A stretch of DNA of 64,000 bases from Leptolyngbyaceae cyanobacterium (GTDB taxonomy: Bacteria; Cyanobacteriota; Cyanobacteriia; Phormidesmidales; Phormidesmidaceae). Shown here piece after piece: positions 50,751 to 60,107 of this stretch (its first letter is position 1; each line of letters starts with the position of its first letter). The translations under genes and the position numbers were made by a program. Where the stretch lies: contig CBDHHL010000056.1 of the NCBI GenBank assembly GCA_965263355.1, positions 768,001 through 832,000 on the forward strand. The letters are read 5' to 3'. The notes below the pieces were generated by a model. The model was not told the DNA's origin and did no database searches. It worked only from the letters and a program-made list of their open reading frames with translations.

Positions 50751-51983
50751 ATGCGTATTGCCTTTTTACTACGCAAATTCCCTGTTATTTCAGAGACCTT
50801 TATAATTAACCAAATCGTCGGTTTAATCAAACAAGGTCATGAGGTAGATATATATGCGATTTATCGAGGCACTGATGTTAATCATCAGTTATATCAGGAC
50901 TACCATTTAGTAAAACACACTACCTATGCTCCTGATGTACCCCTCAATCCTGGCAAACGAGTTTTGAAGGTTTTTCTATTACTTCTAAAATATATAAAAC
51001 ATTCGCAGAAACTCTTACGGGGGTTAGATTTTTTTCATTTTAAGCGTCAAGCTTTTTCCTTATATCTTATTTATCTAGGTATCATTTTCTTGAAAAAACC
51101 AAAAGTATATGACATCATTCAATGCCATTTTGGCCTTGTGGGTTTGCTTGGGTGTGACCTAAGAAGTCTAGGGTTTTTAGATGGTAAATTAGTAACATCT
51201 TTTCATGGAATGGATCTAAATACCTATCCTCGAAAGCATGGTTTAGATGTGTATGAGCGTCTATTTCAAAAAGGTAATTTATTTACTGCAAATAGTCAGT
51301 TTTCAGTAAATAAGCTTCGGACTTTAGGATGTCCGCAAAGGCTGATTCGTAAAGTCCCTATGGGAGTGAATGTTTCTAAATTTACCTACTGTGCACCTGA
51401 CATGAAAGACAACGATAGAATTAATGTTATCTCAGTAGGACGGCTTGTAGAGTGTAAGGGGCTGCAATACGGTATCCAGGCTATTGCTAGTCTGAAATCT
51501 CGATATCCTAACTTGTACTATCAAATTATCGGTGATGGTCCGTTATTTAACCAACTCCAAATGCTAATCTACGACCTTGAGGCAGATGAATATATTCATC
51601 TGCTAGGTAAGCAGCCGCAAGAGGTGGTTCAAAAGAACTATCAAGAATCCCATTTTTTGCTTTTTCCCAGTGTTGTCGACGATGAAGGGGCAGAGGAAGG
51701 TCAAGGGCTAGTCATTCAAGAGGCTCAAGCTTCGGGCTTACCTGTGATTGCAACAAATATAGGCGGAATTGTAGACGGCCTTATTGATGGAGTGACGGGT
51801 TTTTTGGTTCCTCCAGGAAATCATCAAGCATTAGCTGAGCGCTTAAGTTACCTATGCGATAATCCGAAAATATGGAAGCAATTTGCATATCAGGGGCGAA
51901 CTTTCGTAGAAGAGAATTTTAATCTAGAGACATTAAACAAATATTTGGAATCTCAGTATCAGGAAATATGTGGCTATGACTAA
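50751..51983 (+). CDS. GT4 family glycosyltransferase (WcaL-like)
   Basis: FP.ISETFI.NQI, CHFG, SFHG.D, VGRLVE.KG, EGQGLVIQEAQA.GLPV. Confidence 0.88.
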   Translation: MRIAFLLRKFPVISETFIINQIVGLIKQGHEVDIYAIYRGTDVNHQLYQDYHLVKHTTYAPDVPLNPGKRVLKVFLLLLKYIKHSQKLLRGLDFFHFKRQAFSLYLIYLGIIFLKKPKVYDIIQCHFGLVGLLGCDLRSLGFLDGKLVTSFHGMDLNTYPRKHGLDVYERLFQKGNLFTANSQFSVNKLRTLGCPQRLIRKVPMGVNVSKFTYCAPDMKDNDRINVISVGRLVECKGLQYGIQAIASLKSRYPNLYYQIIGDGPLFNQLQMLIYDLEADEYIHLLGKQPQEVVQKNYQESHFLLFPSVVDDEGAEEGQGLVIQEAQASGLPVIATNIGGIVDGLIDGVTGFLVPPGNHQALAERLSYLCDNPKIWKQFAYQGRTFVEENFNLETLNKYLESQYQEICGYD

Positions 51984-53181
51984 ACCACTAAATGTTTTAA
52001 TGGCTCACAATTATTATCAAAATAGTGGTGGGGAAGATGTTTCCATGGCTGCTGAAATAGAAGTTTTACAGCAAGCAGGCCATCAAGTAAAGCTATTGGA
52101 ATGGAGAAATGACAGTATTACAGCGATGAACAAGTTTGAGAAACTTGGTCTCTTTTGGAAAACGACTTGGAATATAGGTTCCAAGAGACGCGTTTATCAA
52201 ACACTCAAAAGTTTTAATGCTGATTTATTCCATGGACAAAACCTGTTTCCATTAGCGTCTCCTTCTGTATATCAGGCGGCACGTCGATTAGAAGTACCTG
52301 TAATTCAGCATTTGCGTAATTTTCGCTTAGCGTGCTTAAATGCCTACTTATATCGTCAGGATCAGGTTTGTGAGGATTGTGTTGGTCATAATCCCTGGCG
52401 TGGAGTAATAAGACGTTGTTATCGTGGTTCTTTGCCAGCTTCGATCAGCTTATGGCAAATGTTAACAATTCACCGTTGGCGTCAAACTTGGCGACAAGAT
52501 GTGGATGTGTTTATTACGCCTAGTCGTTTTGCAGCCATTAAGTTGATAGAAGTTGGTGTTCCGGAATATAAGCTTCATGTAAAACCTAACTTTATTGCTG
52601 ATCCGATATCTCCTGGAGGGGATATTCCTCCTCATCCCGAAACACCAGTTTTTATTTTTGCAGGTCGATTATCGGATGAAAAAGGTATTTTATCTCTTTT
52701 GAAAGCTTGGTGGTTAGTACAACAACCTGATTGGCAGTTAATGATTTTGGGAGATGGGCCAGAACGTTTAAAACTCACACAATTTTGCCAGGAGAAAGAG
52801 TTGAAGAATGTCTCTTTTCCAGGTCGATTATCTAATCACCAGGTTTTGGTAAGATTTCAGCATGCAAGTCTGATTTTGGTTCCTTCCTTATGGTACGAGA
52901 CTTTTGGAAGAGTTGTTGTAGAAGCCTTTGCCTGTGGCAGAGCTGCAATGGTCTCTGATTTAGGGGCTTTAGCCGAACTTGTTGATGAGGATGTTACTGG
53001 CTGTAAGGTCCCACCCGGAGATATACAAGCTTGGGCAGAGCGTATTCGATGGTGTGGTAATCATTTAATGGAACTTAAAAAATGGGGGCAAGCTGCAAGA
53101 AATATCTATAAGAAATTATTTACTCCTGAGGTAAATTACAAGCAACTTATGAGGATTTATGCTGAGGCGCTAGATGGGTAG
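51976..53181 (+). CDS. GT4 family glycosyltransferase
   Basis: HNYYQ..GGED, GRLS.EKG, PSLWYETFGRVVVEAFA. Confidence 0.88.
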   Translation: MTKPLNVLMAHNYYQNSGGEDVSMAAEIEVLQQAGHQVKLLEWRNDSITAMNKFEKLGLFWKTTWNIGSKRRVYQTLKSFNADLFHGQNLFPLASPSVYQAARRLEVPVIQHLRNFRLACLNAYLYRQDQVCEDCVGHNPWRGVIRRCYRGSLPASISLWQMLTIHRWRQTWRQDVDVFITPSRFAAIKLIEVGVPEYKLHVKPNFIADPISPGGDIPPHPETPVFIFAGRLSDEKGILSLLKAWWLVQQPDWQLMILGDGPERLKLTQFCQEKELKNVSFPGRLSNHQVLVRFQHASLILVPSLWYETFGRVVVEAFACGRAAMVSDLGALAELVDEDVTGCKVPPGDIQAWAERIRWCGNHLMELKKWGQAARNIYKKLFTPEVNYKQLMRIYAEALDG

Positions 53182-53210
53182 CCTAGTTTACTCAATGTTG
53201 TAGGGGGGGC

Positions 53211-53999
53211 ATGGGTATGCATCAACAAGTTTCAATTTTAGGCACTCGGGTTAATGGAACTAGCTATAGAGATGCCTGCGATCGCATCACAACCTGGGCC
53301 AGGGCTCAACATTCCTGCTATATCGTTGCCGCCAATGTCCATGTGGTGATGACGGCCTACTGGAACCGTGCTTACCGCCGAATTCTCAACCATGCAGCCC
53401 TGGTCACACCGGACGGCATGCCTTTGGTTTGGGGATTGCGATGGTTAGGGATTACCCATCAGTCTCGAGTGTACGGCCCTGATCTGATGCTGGCCTGGTG
53501 CGATCGCGCCGCTAAAGAAGGTTTACCCATTTACCTTTATGGCGGTACCGATGGGATGTTGCAGCATCTGGTTCAGAACCTGCAGCAGCAGATTCCAAAT
53601 CTGATCATTGCAGGCACCCATGCCCCCCCCTTTAGACCCTTAACCCCAGCCGAAGAGGTTGCTGATATTAAGACGATTCATCAATCTGGGGCGGCGGTAG
53701 TGTTTGTGGGGTTAGGCTGCCCTAAGCAGGAACAATGGATGGCTCGCCAGCAGGGCAAACTCAATGCCGTGATGCTTGGTGTAGGAGCAGCCTTTAGTTT
53801 TCATAGCGGTAGCGTTTCCCAGGCACCTCGTTGGATGATGGCATGGGGACTGGAGTGGGCCTATCGCCTGTGCCAGGAGCCACGTCGTCTGTGGCGGCGC
53901 TATGTGCTAAACAATACGGCATTTCTCCTATTATTTGGACTGCAGTTAATGAATCGAGCAATGCGGTCTATCCTAAGGCCAGGGCATTCTTCCAGTTGA
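53211..53999 (+). CDS. WecG/TagA/CpsF (GT26) glycosyltransferase
   Basis: ANVH, TPDGMP, RVYGPDL, GLGCPKQE.W, GVGAAF, GLEW.YRL..EP.RLW.RY. Confidence 0.92.
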   Translation: MGMHQQVSILGTRVNGTSYRDACDRITTWARAQHSCYIVAANVHVVMTAYWNRAYRRILNHAALVTPDGMPLVWGLRWLGITHQSRVYGPDLMLAWCDRAAKEGLPIYLYGGTDGMLQHLVQNLQQQIPNLIIAGTHAPPFRPLTPAEEVADIKTIHQSGAAVVFVGLGCPKQEQWMARQQGKLNAVMLGVGAAFSFHSGSVSQAPRWMMAWGLEWAYRLCQEPRRLWRRYVLNNTAFLLLFGLQLMNRAMRSILRPGHSSS

Positions 54000-54002
54000 C
54001 GA

Positions 54003-55463
54003 ATGAAAGAGCCGTCTTCCCCCAAACCAGGCCACAGACAGAGTTTTCTGTGGGGTATCGGTGCAGATATTCGCGCTGTGCGTGGAATCAGCCCACGGCG
54101 ACGCTGGGGTAGTGTCAGAGTTATAAGCCTGTTATTAAGTGATGCCCTGGCCCTGGGGTTAGCCTGGCAGCTAGCCCGGTTTCTAAATCAGTTTTACTCT
54201 CCAATTCCTGAACAGTTGGTGTGGTGGGTATGGCTGGGGCTACCCAGTTTATTTTGGCTATTTGCAGGGGTGACTCTGCTGTTATTTACCCACTTTGGTC
54301 TTTACGGTGCCACGGTTCGAGCAAAGGATTATTTACGAGCGGCGCAGTTAGTGAGCTGTGTTTACTTTATATCGCTAGTACTAGCTTATTTTTACGATCC
54401 AAAACTAGATGCTCCCCGGTCGCTTTTTTTTAGTGCCTGGGTAGGTAGTGTGGTGTTAGTCATGGTTACCCGGTTATGGACCAATGGATTACTCTCCTAT
54501 CTGCGAGGGACTGACTTGCCATCGCGGGTTTTTCTGATTACTAACCCAAACCGTATGCACCATTTATCGAAGACTTTGGAACAGCGATCTCACTATCAGG
54601 TGGTTGGCGCTGCTATGGTGGCAACGGCTAATACAGATATCACCTTTCAGCAGATTTTAGCTGCCAAACCCGATGAGGTGCTAGCGGAAGATGTGCCTGA
54701 TATAGAACTGGCTTCGGGGCTGTACTGGCGATTGCGTAGTGCCAAGATTCCTCTACGGTTGCTGCCATCAAGTCGGGAAATGCTTTACCGGCGTGGGATT
54801 CCGGAGGTGGTGGCTGGTTTGCCAACGTTAATGATTGAAACCTCGATTTTTCAGACTTTGGACTATCGACTCAAGCGCTGGCTAGATTATGGTTTGGCGG
54901 CTGTGGCTGTGCTGATACTTAGTCCGGTGTTTGTGGGAATTGCGATCGCTATCCGCCTCGCCTCGCCCGGCCCTGTCTTTTTTCGGCAGGATCGCATGGG
55001 TCTGAAAGGTAAAGTGTTTAAGGTCTGGAAATTTCGCACCATGGCAGTGGATGCCCCCCAGCGTCAGGCCCAGCTGGAGCAGCAAAACCAAACGGCGGAT
55101 GGCATTATGTTTAAGCTCCAGCATGATCCACGGATTACCCCTATAGGTAAGTTTCTGCGACGTACGAGTCTGGATGAGTTACCCCAACTGTTTAACATAT
55201 TGCTAGGGCAGATGAGTCTGGTGGGTCCCCGTCCCTTGCCGCTGCGAGACGTGGCTCAATTTGAACCCTGGCATCATATTCGTCACCAGGTTTTACCTGG
55301 AATTACTGGACTATGGCAAGTATCAGGTCGGTCTGATATTGAAACCTTTGACGATGCTGCCCGATTAGATTTGCACTATATCGACAACTGGTCTCTTAAC
55401 TTAGATTTAGAAATTATGGTGGCAACACTGCGCATTGTTTTGACTGGGCTGGGTGCCTATTAA
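54003..55463 (+). CDS. Initiating polyprenyl-phosphate phosphoglycosyltransferase (WcaJ/WbaP-like)
   Basis: N-terminal TM helices; KR..D, FK..KFRTM, DPRIT.IG.FLRRTSLDELPQL.N.L.G.MSLVGPRP, PGITGLWQV. Confidence 0.92.
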   Translation: MKEPSSPKPGHRQSFLWGIGADIRAVRGISPRRRWGSVRVISLLLSDALALGLAWQLARFLNQFYSPIPEQLVWWVWLGLPSLFWLFAGVTLLLFTHFGLYGATVRAKDYLRAAQLVSCVYFISLVLAYFYDPKLDAPRSLFFSAWVGSVVLVMVTRLWTNGLLSYLRGTDLPSRVFLITNPNRMHHLSKTLEQRSHYQVVGAAMVATANTDITFQQILAAKPDEVLAEDVPDIELASGLYWRLRSAKIPLRLLPSSREMLYRRGIPEVVAGLPTLMIETSIFQTLDYRLKRWLDYGLAAVAVLILSPVFVGIAIAIRLASPGPVFFRQDRMGLKGKVFKVWKFRTMAVDAPQRQAQLEQQNQTADGIMFKLQHDPRITPIGKFLRRTSLDELPQLFNILLGQMSLVGPRPLPLRDVAQFEPWHHIRHQVLPGITGLWQVSGRSDIETFDDAARLDLHYIDNWSLNLDLEIMVATLRIVLTGLGAY

Positions 55464-55472
55464 AAATGAGAT

Positions 55473-58043
55473 ATGTCTACTTCATCACCAGAATCACGCC
55501 CATTGCTACAGGCCTTAACTCAAACAGCAGATGGTCCTTTAATCGGGCTACTAACAATTTGCTTTTACATCCTATTTACCCTGCTCCCCAGTAGCCATTC
55601 GCTAATGGTGTCATGGCCATGGGTGGCAGTGTGGCAGGTGGCGTTGGTATTACCGATCATTTGGCTGTTGTGGCAGCTATGGTTTAAGCCTCTGAGTCAG
55701 TTTAAGCTGGGTTCAGGGTTAGACTGGCCTATTGCCCTGTTAGTCATAGGGTTAGGGATTTCTACAATTTTTGCCGAATTTCCTAACCAGGCCCGGTGGT
55801 ACTCATGGGCTGCTTTAGGGGGGATTGCTGCGCTCTATGCGTTGTCTGGTTGGCTCAAGACACCTCAACAGGCGATGCAATTGCTTAAGTTCCAGGCAGG
55901 TCTGGGGATTGCGTTTATTTTAGTCAGTCTCTATCTTTGGTTATTTCAGACCTATTTCCCAGAACTGGAAAGGTTGGCCGCATTGGAACCCTATGGCGTT
56001 GCCCAACAGTTTAATTTTGGTGTGACTAGCTTGCGGAACTGGTATCCGTTGGGACACCAAAACTATGTGGCCGGTTATCTGGTTTTGATTTTGCCTGTGC
56101 TGTTTGGGTTAGCTATTCATGACCGTGGCTGGCAGCGTCTGCTATGGGGTGTTGGCTGTTGTTTAGGACTGGTGGATCTATATACTGCTAGTTCTCGGGG
56201 TGGGTTGTTGGCTCTGATGGTGACGGTTGCGATCGCCCTTATAATTGTTCTCTTTTGTAGTCAGTTACCCCGACGGTTTGTGTTGCCCGCTGGTGGCTTG
56301 CTGCTATGTCTTTTAATTGCGACTACCTTGGGTAATAGTCGGGTCCGACGACCTTTATTAGCCCTCTTACAAGGTAAGACAAACAATAGTGAATTAGGAT
56401 ATCGAGCCATTACTAATGTCATTGGCTGGCGCATTGGTTTGGACCATCCTTTGACTGGAGCAGGGCCTGGTAGTGTTTTACAGCTGTTTCAAAAATATCG
56501 TCCCTACTGGGCTGGTCGTGAAGCTGAGTTACATTTTCAATTGCACAGTACTCCAGCCCAGCTATGGGCAGAACTGGGGTTATGGGGAATAACTTCATTG
56601 ATAGCCTGTATCGGTCTTCTAGGATGGTTAACGTGGCGTTGGGCCAATTATACAGATGCTAAGCCTTTTATAAATCGTGTTCTTGTTTGGAGTTTAATAG
56701 GCAGTCTTTTTGCCTATGGCCTCATGGGTCTAACCGATTATCAGTTAGATACCCTTCCCATTAGTGGAGTAATCATAGTAGACCTGGCTATTTTAGCTAA
56801 GGTGTATCGAGCCGCTCACCCACAAGACAAAACAAATGAGCCATCCCAAGGGTTCTCATCGCGTTTTTGGGTGGCACTGGTCATCGGTTTACTGCTAACG
56901 GTTAATCTTTGGTTAATTCCCGTTCATCGAGCCTGGGCCTGGTCTAAGCAGGGATTAAACCAACTCAATCGCGGCAACTTTGACGGGTTTGAAAATGCGT
57001 TAACCCAGGCTCATCGATTAGCCCCCTGGGAACCCTATTATCCATTCATACTTGCTTGGATGCTGGGAGATTTGAGCTATCGAACCACCGGAGACTCTAG
57101 CCAAGCGCTCAGAGCTGCTGCGATTGAATGGTTTGAGCGCGCCAATCTTGTTGCACCTTATCAAGAATTTGGTCAATCTAACCTGGGTTGGTTATTACTT
57201 GATACTCAACCAGATAAAGCCGTTGTTGCTTTTACAAATGCAGCTAAACTTATCCCTGCCAAGCAGGGAGTCTTCTTTGGACTGGGGCGTGCCCTATTAG
57301 CCAATGGGCAATCACAACTAGCTACAGATGCATTTGTTTTAGAAAGTCTAAGATTCCCCATGGTGATAACCAGCCCCATTTGGCAGATTAGTGAGTTAGC
57401 TACCGCGAGAGAGGAGGTATTTAGTCAGTTAGAACGATATTATTCTAACTTTTTGACAATGACCGACAATACGCAGCTGAGTAAGCATTGGCAGCAAATG
57501 CGCGGCACACTGTACTGGTGGCAAGGCAACTATAAAGCCGCTGCAAACGACTGGCAGGAGTTTCCTTCAGGACAAGTTCTCTTACAACTGTCATCTCAGC
57601 AAAGTACCTTAACAGCCAAAACGTTGCCAGAAAAAATTATCGGGCAAAAGGCAATTCTTGCCTGGCTTTTGCCTCAACAACGGGCCTCTTTACTAGAACG
57701 TGGTTCAATCAAATCAAAAAATCAGTTACCACAGTACAATTCAGCATTACCTTCACCAGAAGTGATTGAGCAATTTGTTGCCACTATGGAACAAGCTACA
57801 AGCTTTGATGATTGGCTTAAAAACAGCACGTTAATTTCCCAACCCCGCAGTCAACGCCTTGGGTTTGGTACCCTCAATCGTCATATTGACGGTCCTTTTC
57901 CCTCAGATTACTACACTCGTATTATCAATCGACCAGTATCGCAATTTTTTGGGGCAATGTTACCATCTCCATCTTGGTTTACAGAGTTGGATGTCAGTCT
58001 TGAACCCTACAGAGAGGAACTGCTCGAAAAAGTCTCTTCCTAG
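55473..58043 (+). CDS. O-antigen ligase / O-oligosaccharyltransferase family protein with C-terminal TPR-like region
   Basis: About 12 TM helices; HQNY.AG, SSRGG, HPL.G.GPG, HST..Q..AELG ligase motifs; TPR-like helices (LAPWEPYY, SNLGWL, FGLG.AL). Confidence 0.8.
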   Translation: MSTSSPESRPLLQALTQTADGPLIGLLTICFYILFTLLPSSHSLMVSWPWVAVWQVALVLPIIWLLWQLWFKPLSQFKLGSGLDWPIALLVIGLGISTIFAEFPNQARWYSWAALGGIAALYALSGWLKTPQQAMQLLKFQAGLGIAFILVSLYLWLFQTYFPELERLAALEPYGVAQQFNFGVTSLRNWYPLGHQNYVAGYLVLILPVLFGLAIHDRGWQRLLWGVGCCLGLVDLYTASSRGGLLALMVTVAIALIIVLFCSQLPRRFVLPAGGLLLCLLIATTLGNSRVRRPLLALLQGKTNNSELGYRAITNVIGWRIGLDHPLTGAGPGSVLQLFQKYRPYWAGREAELHFQLHSTPAQLWAELGLWGITSLIACIGLLGWLTWRWANYTDAKPFINRVLVWSLIGSLFAYGLMGLTDYQLDTLPISGVIIVDLAILAKVYRAAHPQDKTNEPSQGFSSRFWVALVIGLLLTVNLWLIPVHRAWAWSKQGLNQLNRGNFDGFENALTQAHRLAPWEPYYPFILAWMLGDLSYRTTGDSSQALRAAAIEWFERANLVAPYQEFGQSNLGWLLLDTQPDKAVVAFTNAAKLIPAKQGVFFGLGRALLANGQSQLATDAFVLESLRFPMVITSPIWQISELATAREEVFSQLERYYSNFLTMTDNTQLSKHWQQMRGTLYWWQGNYKAAANDWQEFPSGQVLLQLSSQQSTLTAKTLPEKIIGQKAILAWLLPQQRASLLERGSIKSKNQLPQYNSALPSPEVIEQFVATMEQATSFDDWLKNSTLISQPRSQRLGFGTLNRHIDGPFPSDYYTRIINRPVSQFFGAMLPSPSWFTELDVSLEPYREELLEKVSS

Positions 58044-58078
58044 TTTAGAGGTCTGATTAATTTAAGATTTCTAAAATC

Positions 58079-58861
58079 TTACTCGTTTGGGTTATAGCGA
58101 ACGGTTACTTGGCCATTTTCGGCAACTAAGACCTTTCCTCCCAATGCCTCAATTTGGGCAATGGCTTCTTGCCGAACATTATCGTCAATGGCTCTGGATA
58201 AAACGTTCATCCAACCATTGATAACAGCAGGTTTACTATTAGGGTCAGTCGCTAAGAAATTAGCCGTACGTTGAGATAACTTAGCAACTAGTGGCGCTTC
58301 TGAATCAGATGATTGCTGTGCCCAATCTGCAGCAGTTTGAAATGAAGCTTGGGCCGCTGAATTATCACCAACAAACAACAGTTGATCCGTGCCCTTGTAT
58401 CGCCAGACAAAATAAGACCTAGCGGGTAAATCAGGCGACATCGTCCTCAACCCTTTATCCATCAGAGAAATGGCTGTTTGAGGCTGGCCAGCATATACAG
58501 ACACCGCATTTGTTAAATATAGGTAGGCACTCATAAAGTATGGATCGCGCTCAACAATGACCTCAAAAAACTTGGGGCTCAGGCCATAACCAACAAAATC
58601 TCGTGAATCAAAATCGCCAAAGTACTGCAAAAACCTTAAAAACACCCAGCTACTTAAAAGATTATTAAAGCCAAAGGCAGGTGTAGCGGATATAAATTGC
58701 AGGTTTGTTTCGGCTAATTGGTTTTGTTGAATAGCTGTGTCCAACGTACTATTATCTGGCATTGACAAAACATGCAAACGCTGGTTCTGCAACAGACCAA
58801 TAGTTGCGAACAAACTCAAGGTCAGCAGTGTTCTTAATAAGAAGGATACGGATACGCTCAT
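58079..58861 (-). CDS. Pilin-adjacent membrane-anchored hypothetical protein (TPR-like)
   Basis: N-terminal TM; FGF.NL...W.FL.FLQYFGD..R...GY, DPYF..AY; co-oriented downstream of the pilin. Confidence 0.7.
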   Translation of the reverse strand: MSVSVSFLLRTLLTLSLFATIGLLQNQRLHVLSMPDNSTLDTAIQQNQLAETNLQFISATPAFGFNNLLSSWVFLRFLQYFGDFDSRDFVGYGLSPKFFEVIVERDPYFMSAYLYLTNAVSVYAGQPQTAISLMDKGLRTMSPDLPARSYFVWRYKGTDQLLFVGDNSAAQASFQTAADWAQQSSDSEAPLVAKLSQRTANFLATDPNSKPAVINGWMNVLSRAIDDNVRQEAIAQIEALGGKVLVAENGQVTVRYNPNE

Positions 58862-59095
58862 ACTTGTTCAGCTATATATGTCGAAATTTGTATATTCAAT
58901 AGCTTCTACCCTAGTTGATGGTAGCCCTACACGTCGGGTCGGAAGCCCAACGTAAGTTTAATCAAGCTGCCCCTAAGCCTCTACGAGAATACATCTCTTA
59001 AAGAAAGAGGGGGACTAAAATCATACTTAAAAATTCAACGTTAGTGAGCCAAATACTCTTAGCTAAATTTTGTCAGCAGGCTTCAATTTGCCAAT

Positions 59096-59129
59096 ATAAA
59101 ACCGGGGGCAAACAATGCTGCCCCCGGTT
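59096..59129 (-). terminator. Intrinsic terminator of the pilin gene
   Basis: On the minus strand, aaccgggggca-gcattgtt-tgcccccggtt followed by ttat; perfect 11-bp stem. Confidence 0.8.
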
Positions 59130-59222
59130 ATTCAGCTAAAATCTTCTGAAATTGTAAGAATCCATTAACTTAGAGTATGAACTCCAGTTAACTTCTCAAA
59201 AATCAGTCAATTTAGACAAATT

Positions 59223-59840
59223 CTATTGAGGCTCATAGCCGGTACCACACTCAATGTCAGCTGCATTTGTTGCTATGCCACTAGGCTGAATGGTAGAGTC
59301 ATCTGCTGTCGTATTAGTCTTGATACTCTCACATAGCTGGGTTGTTGAAGTCACCTCATCGCTTTCTGAATCTTGCAGTAAGTAAGTTATACCGGTGTAA
59401 GATTTTAAGTTGAGAAGTTTCTCAGCCGTAGGGTTTGCAATAACAATCCCACCGCTAGTGAAGGCACTTGCATCACCATCAGCAATATTATTGCTTGCAT
59501 CGATACCCCATAGGTCGCCGATTGTAGCGTCAGTTCCTTGACCCAGCAAATAGTTCTCAGAAGCAAGTTTGACACCGATACCAAGACCACCAATGGACTG
59601 AGAGAATTCAGCTTCCTCAAGTACATAGGCCTGCTGACCACGGTTAATGGCACCGACGTTGGTAACAGCTTCAGTTTGGCGGGCTCGGTTGGCCTGGTTA
59701 AGGAAAGAAGGTAGAGCAATAGCAGCCAGGATGCCGATAATGATAATTACTACCAGCAGCTCAATTAGGGTAAAACCCTCGTTGGACTTTTTCTTGCTAA
59801 TTAGATGCTGCAGTAGCTTTGCACGTAGAGTAGTCTTCAT
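59223..59840 (-). CDS. pilA: Type IV pilin (probable major pilin)
   Basis: Basic leader then G|FTLIELLVVIIIIGILAAIALP prepilin peptidase motif; C-terminal Cys pair; AAGGAG RBS and its own terminator. Confidence 0.9.
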   Translation of the reverse strand: MKTTLRAKLLQHLISKKKSNEGFTLIELLVVIIIIGILAAIALPSFLNQANRARQTEAVTNVGAINRGQQAYVLEEAEFSQSIGGLGIGVKLASENYLLGQGTDATIGDLWGIDASNNIADGDASAFTSGGIVIANPTAEKLLNLKSYTGITYLLQDSESDEVTSTTQLCESIKTNTTADDSTIQPSGIATNAADIECGTGYEPQ

Positions 59841-59896
59841 TACGTAATATGTCTCCTTGAGGTTTGGGATGTAGCGTCTAGCTCACAGCTTTAAAG

Positions 59897-59902
59897 CTAC
59901 CC
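59897..59902 (-). promoter_or_regulatory. Candidate SigF-type GGGTAG element upstream of pilin (second copy 59982-59987)
   Basis: GGGTAG ~57 nt upstream of the pilin ATG; cyanobacterial pilA promoters are SigF-dependent with a GGGTA element. Confidence 0.45.
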
Positions 59903-60107
59903 ATGGAATTCAGATCTCTTATCACTTGGGTTGAAAACCTGAAAAGCCTTGGAATAACTTGATTATCGCCACTCATTTAACCTACCCTCTAGCACAGGTA
60001 GACCTATCAGCTAATATACAGAATTCGTACAAATGACACCAAAGTCGTCTCCGTATAATTACTGGGGCATTGGGCTTATAGGGGTGTAATTTAGCTATGG
60101 GTAGGTC

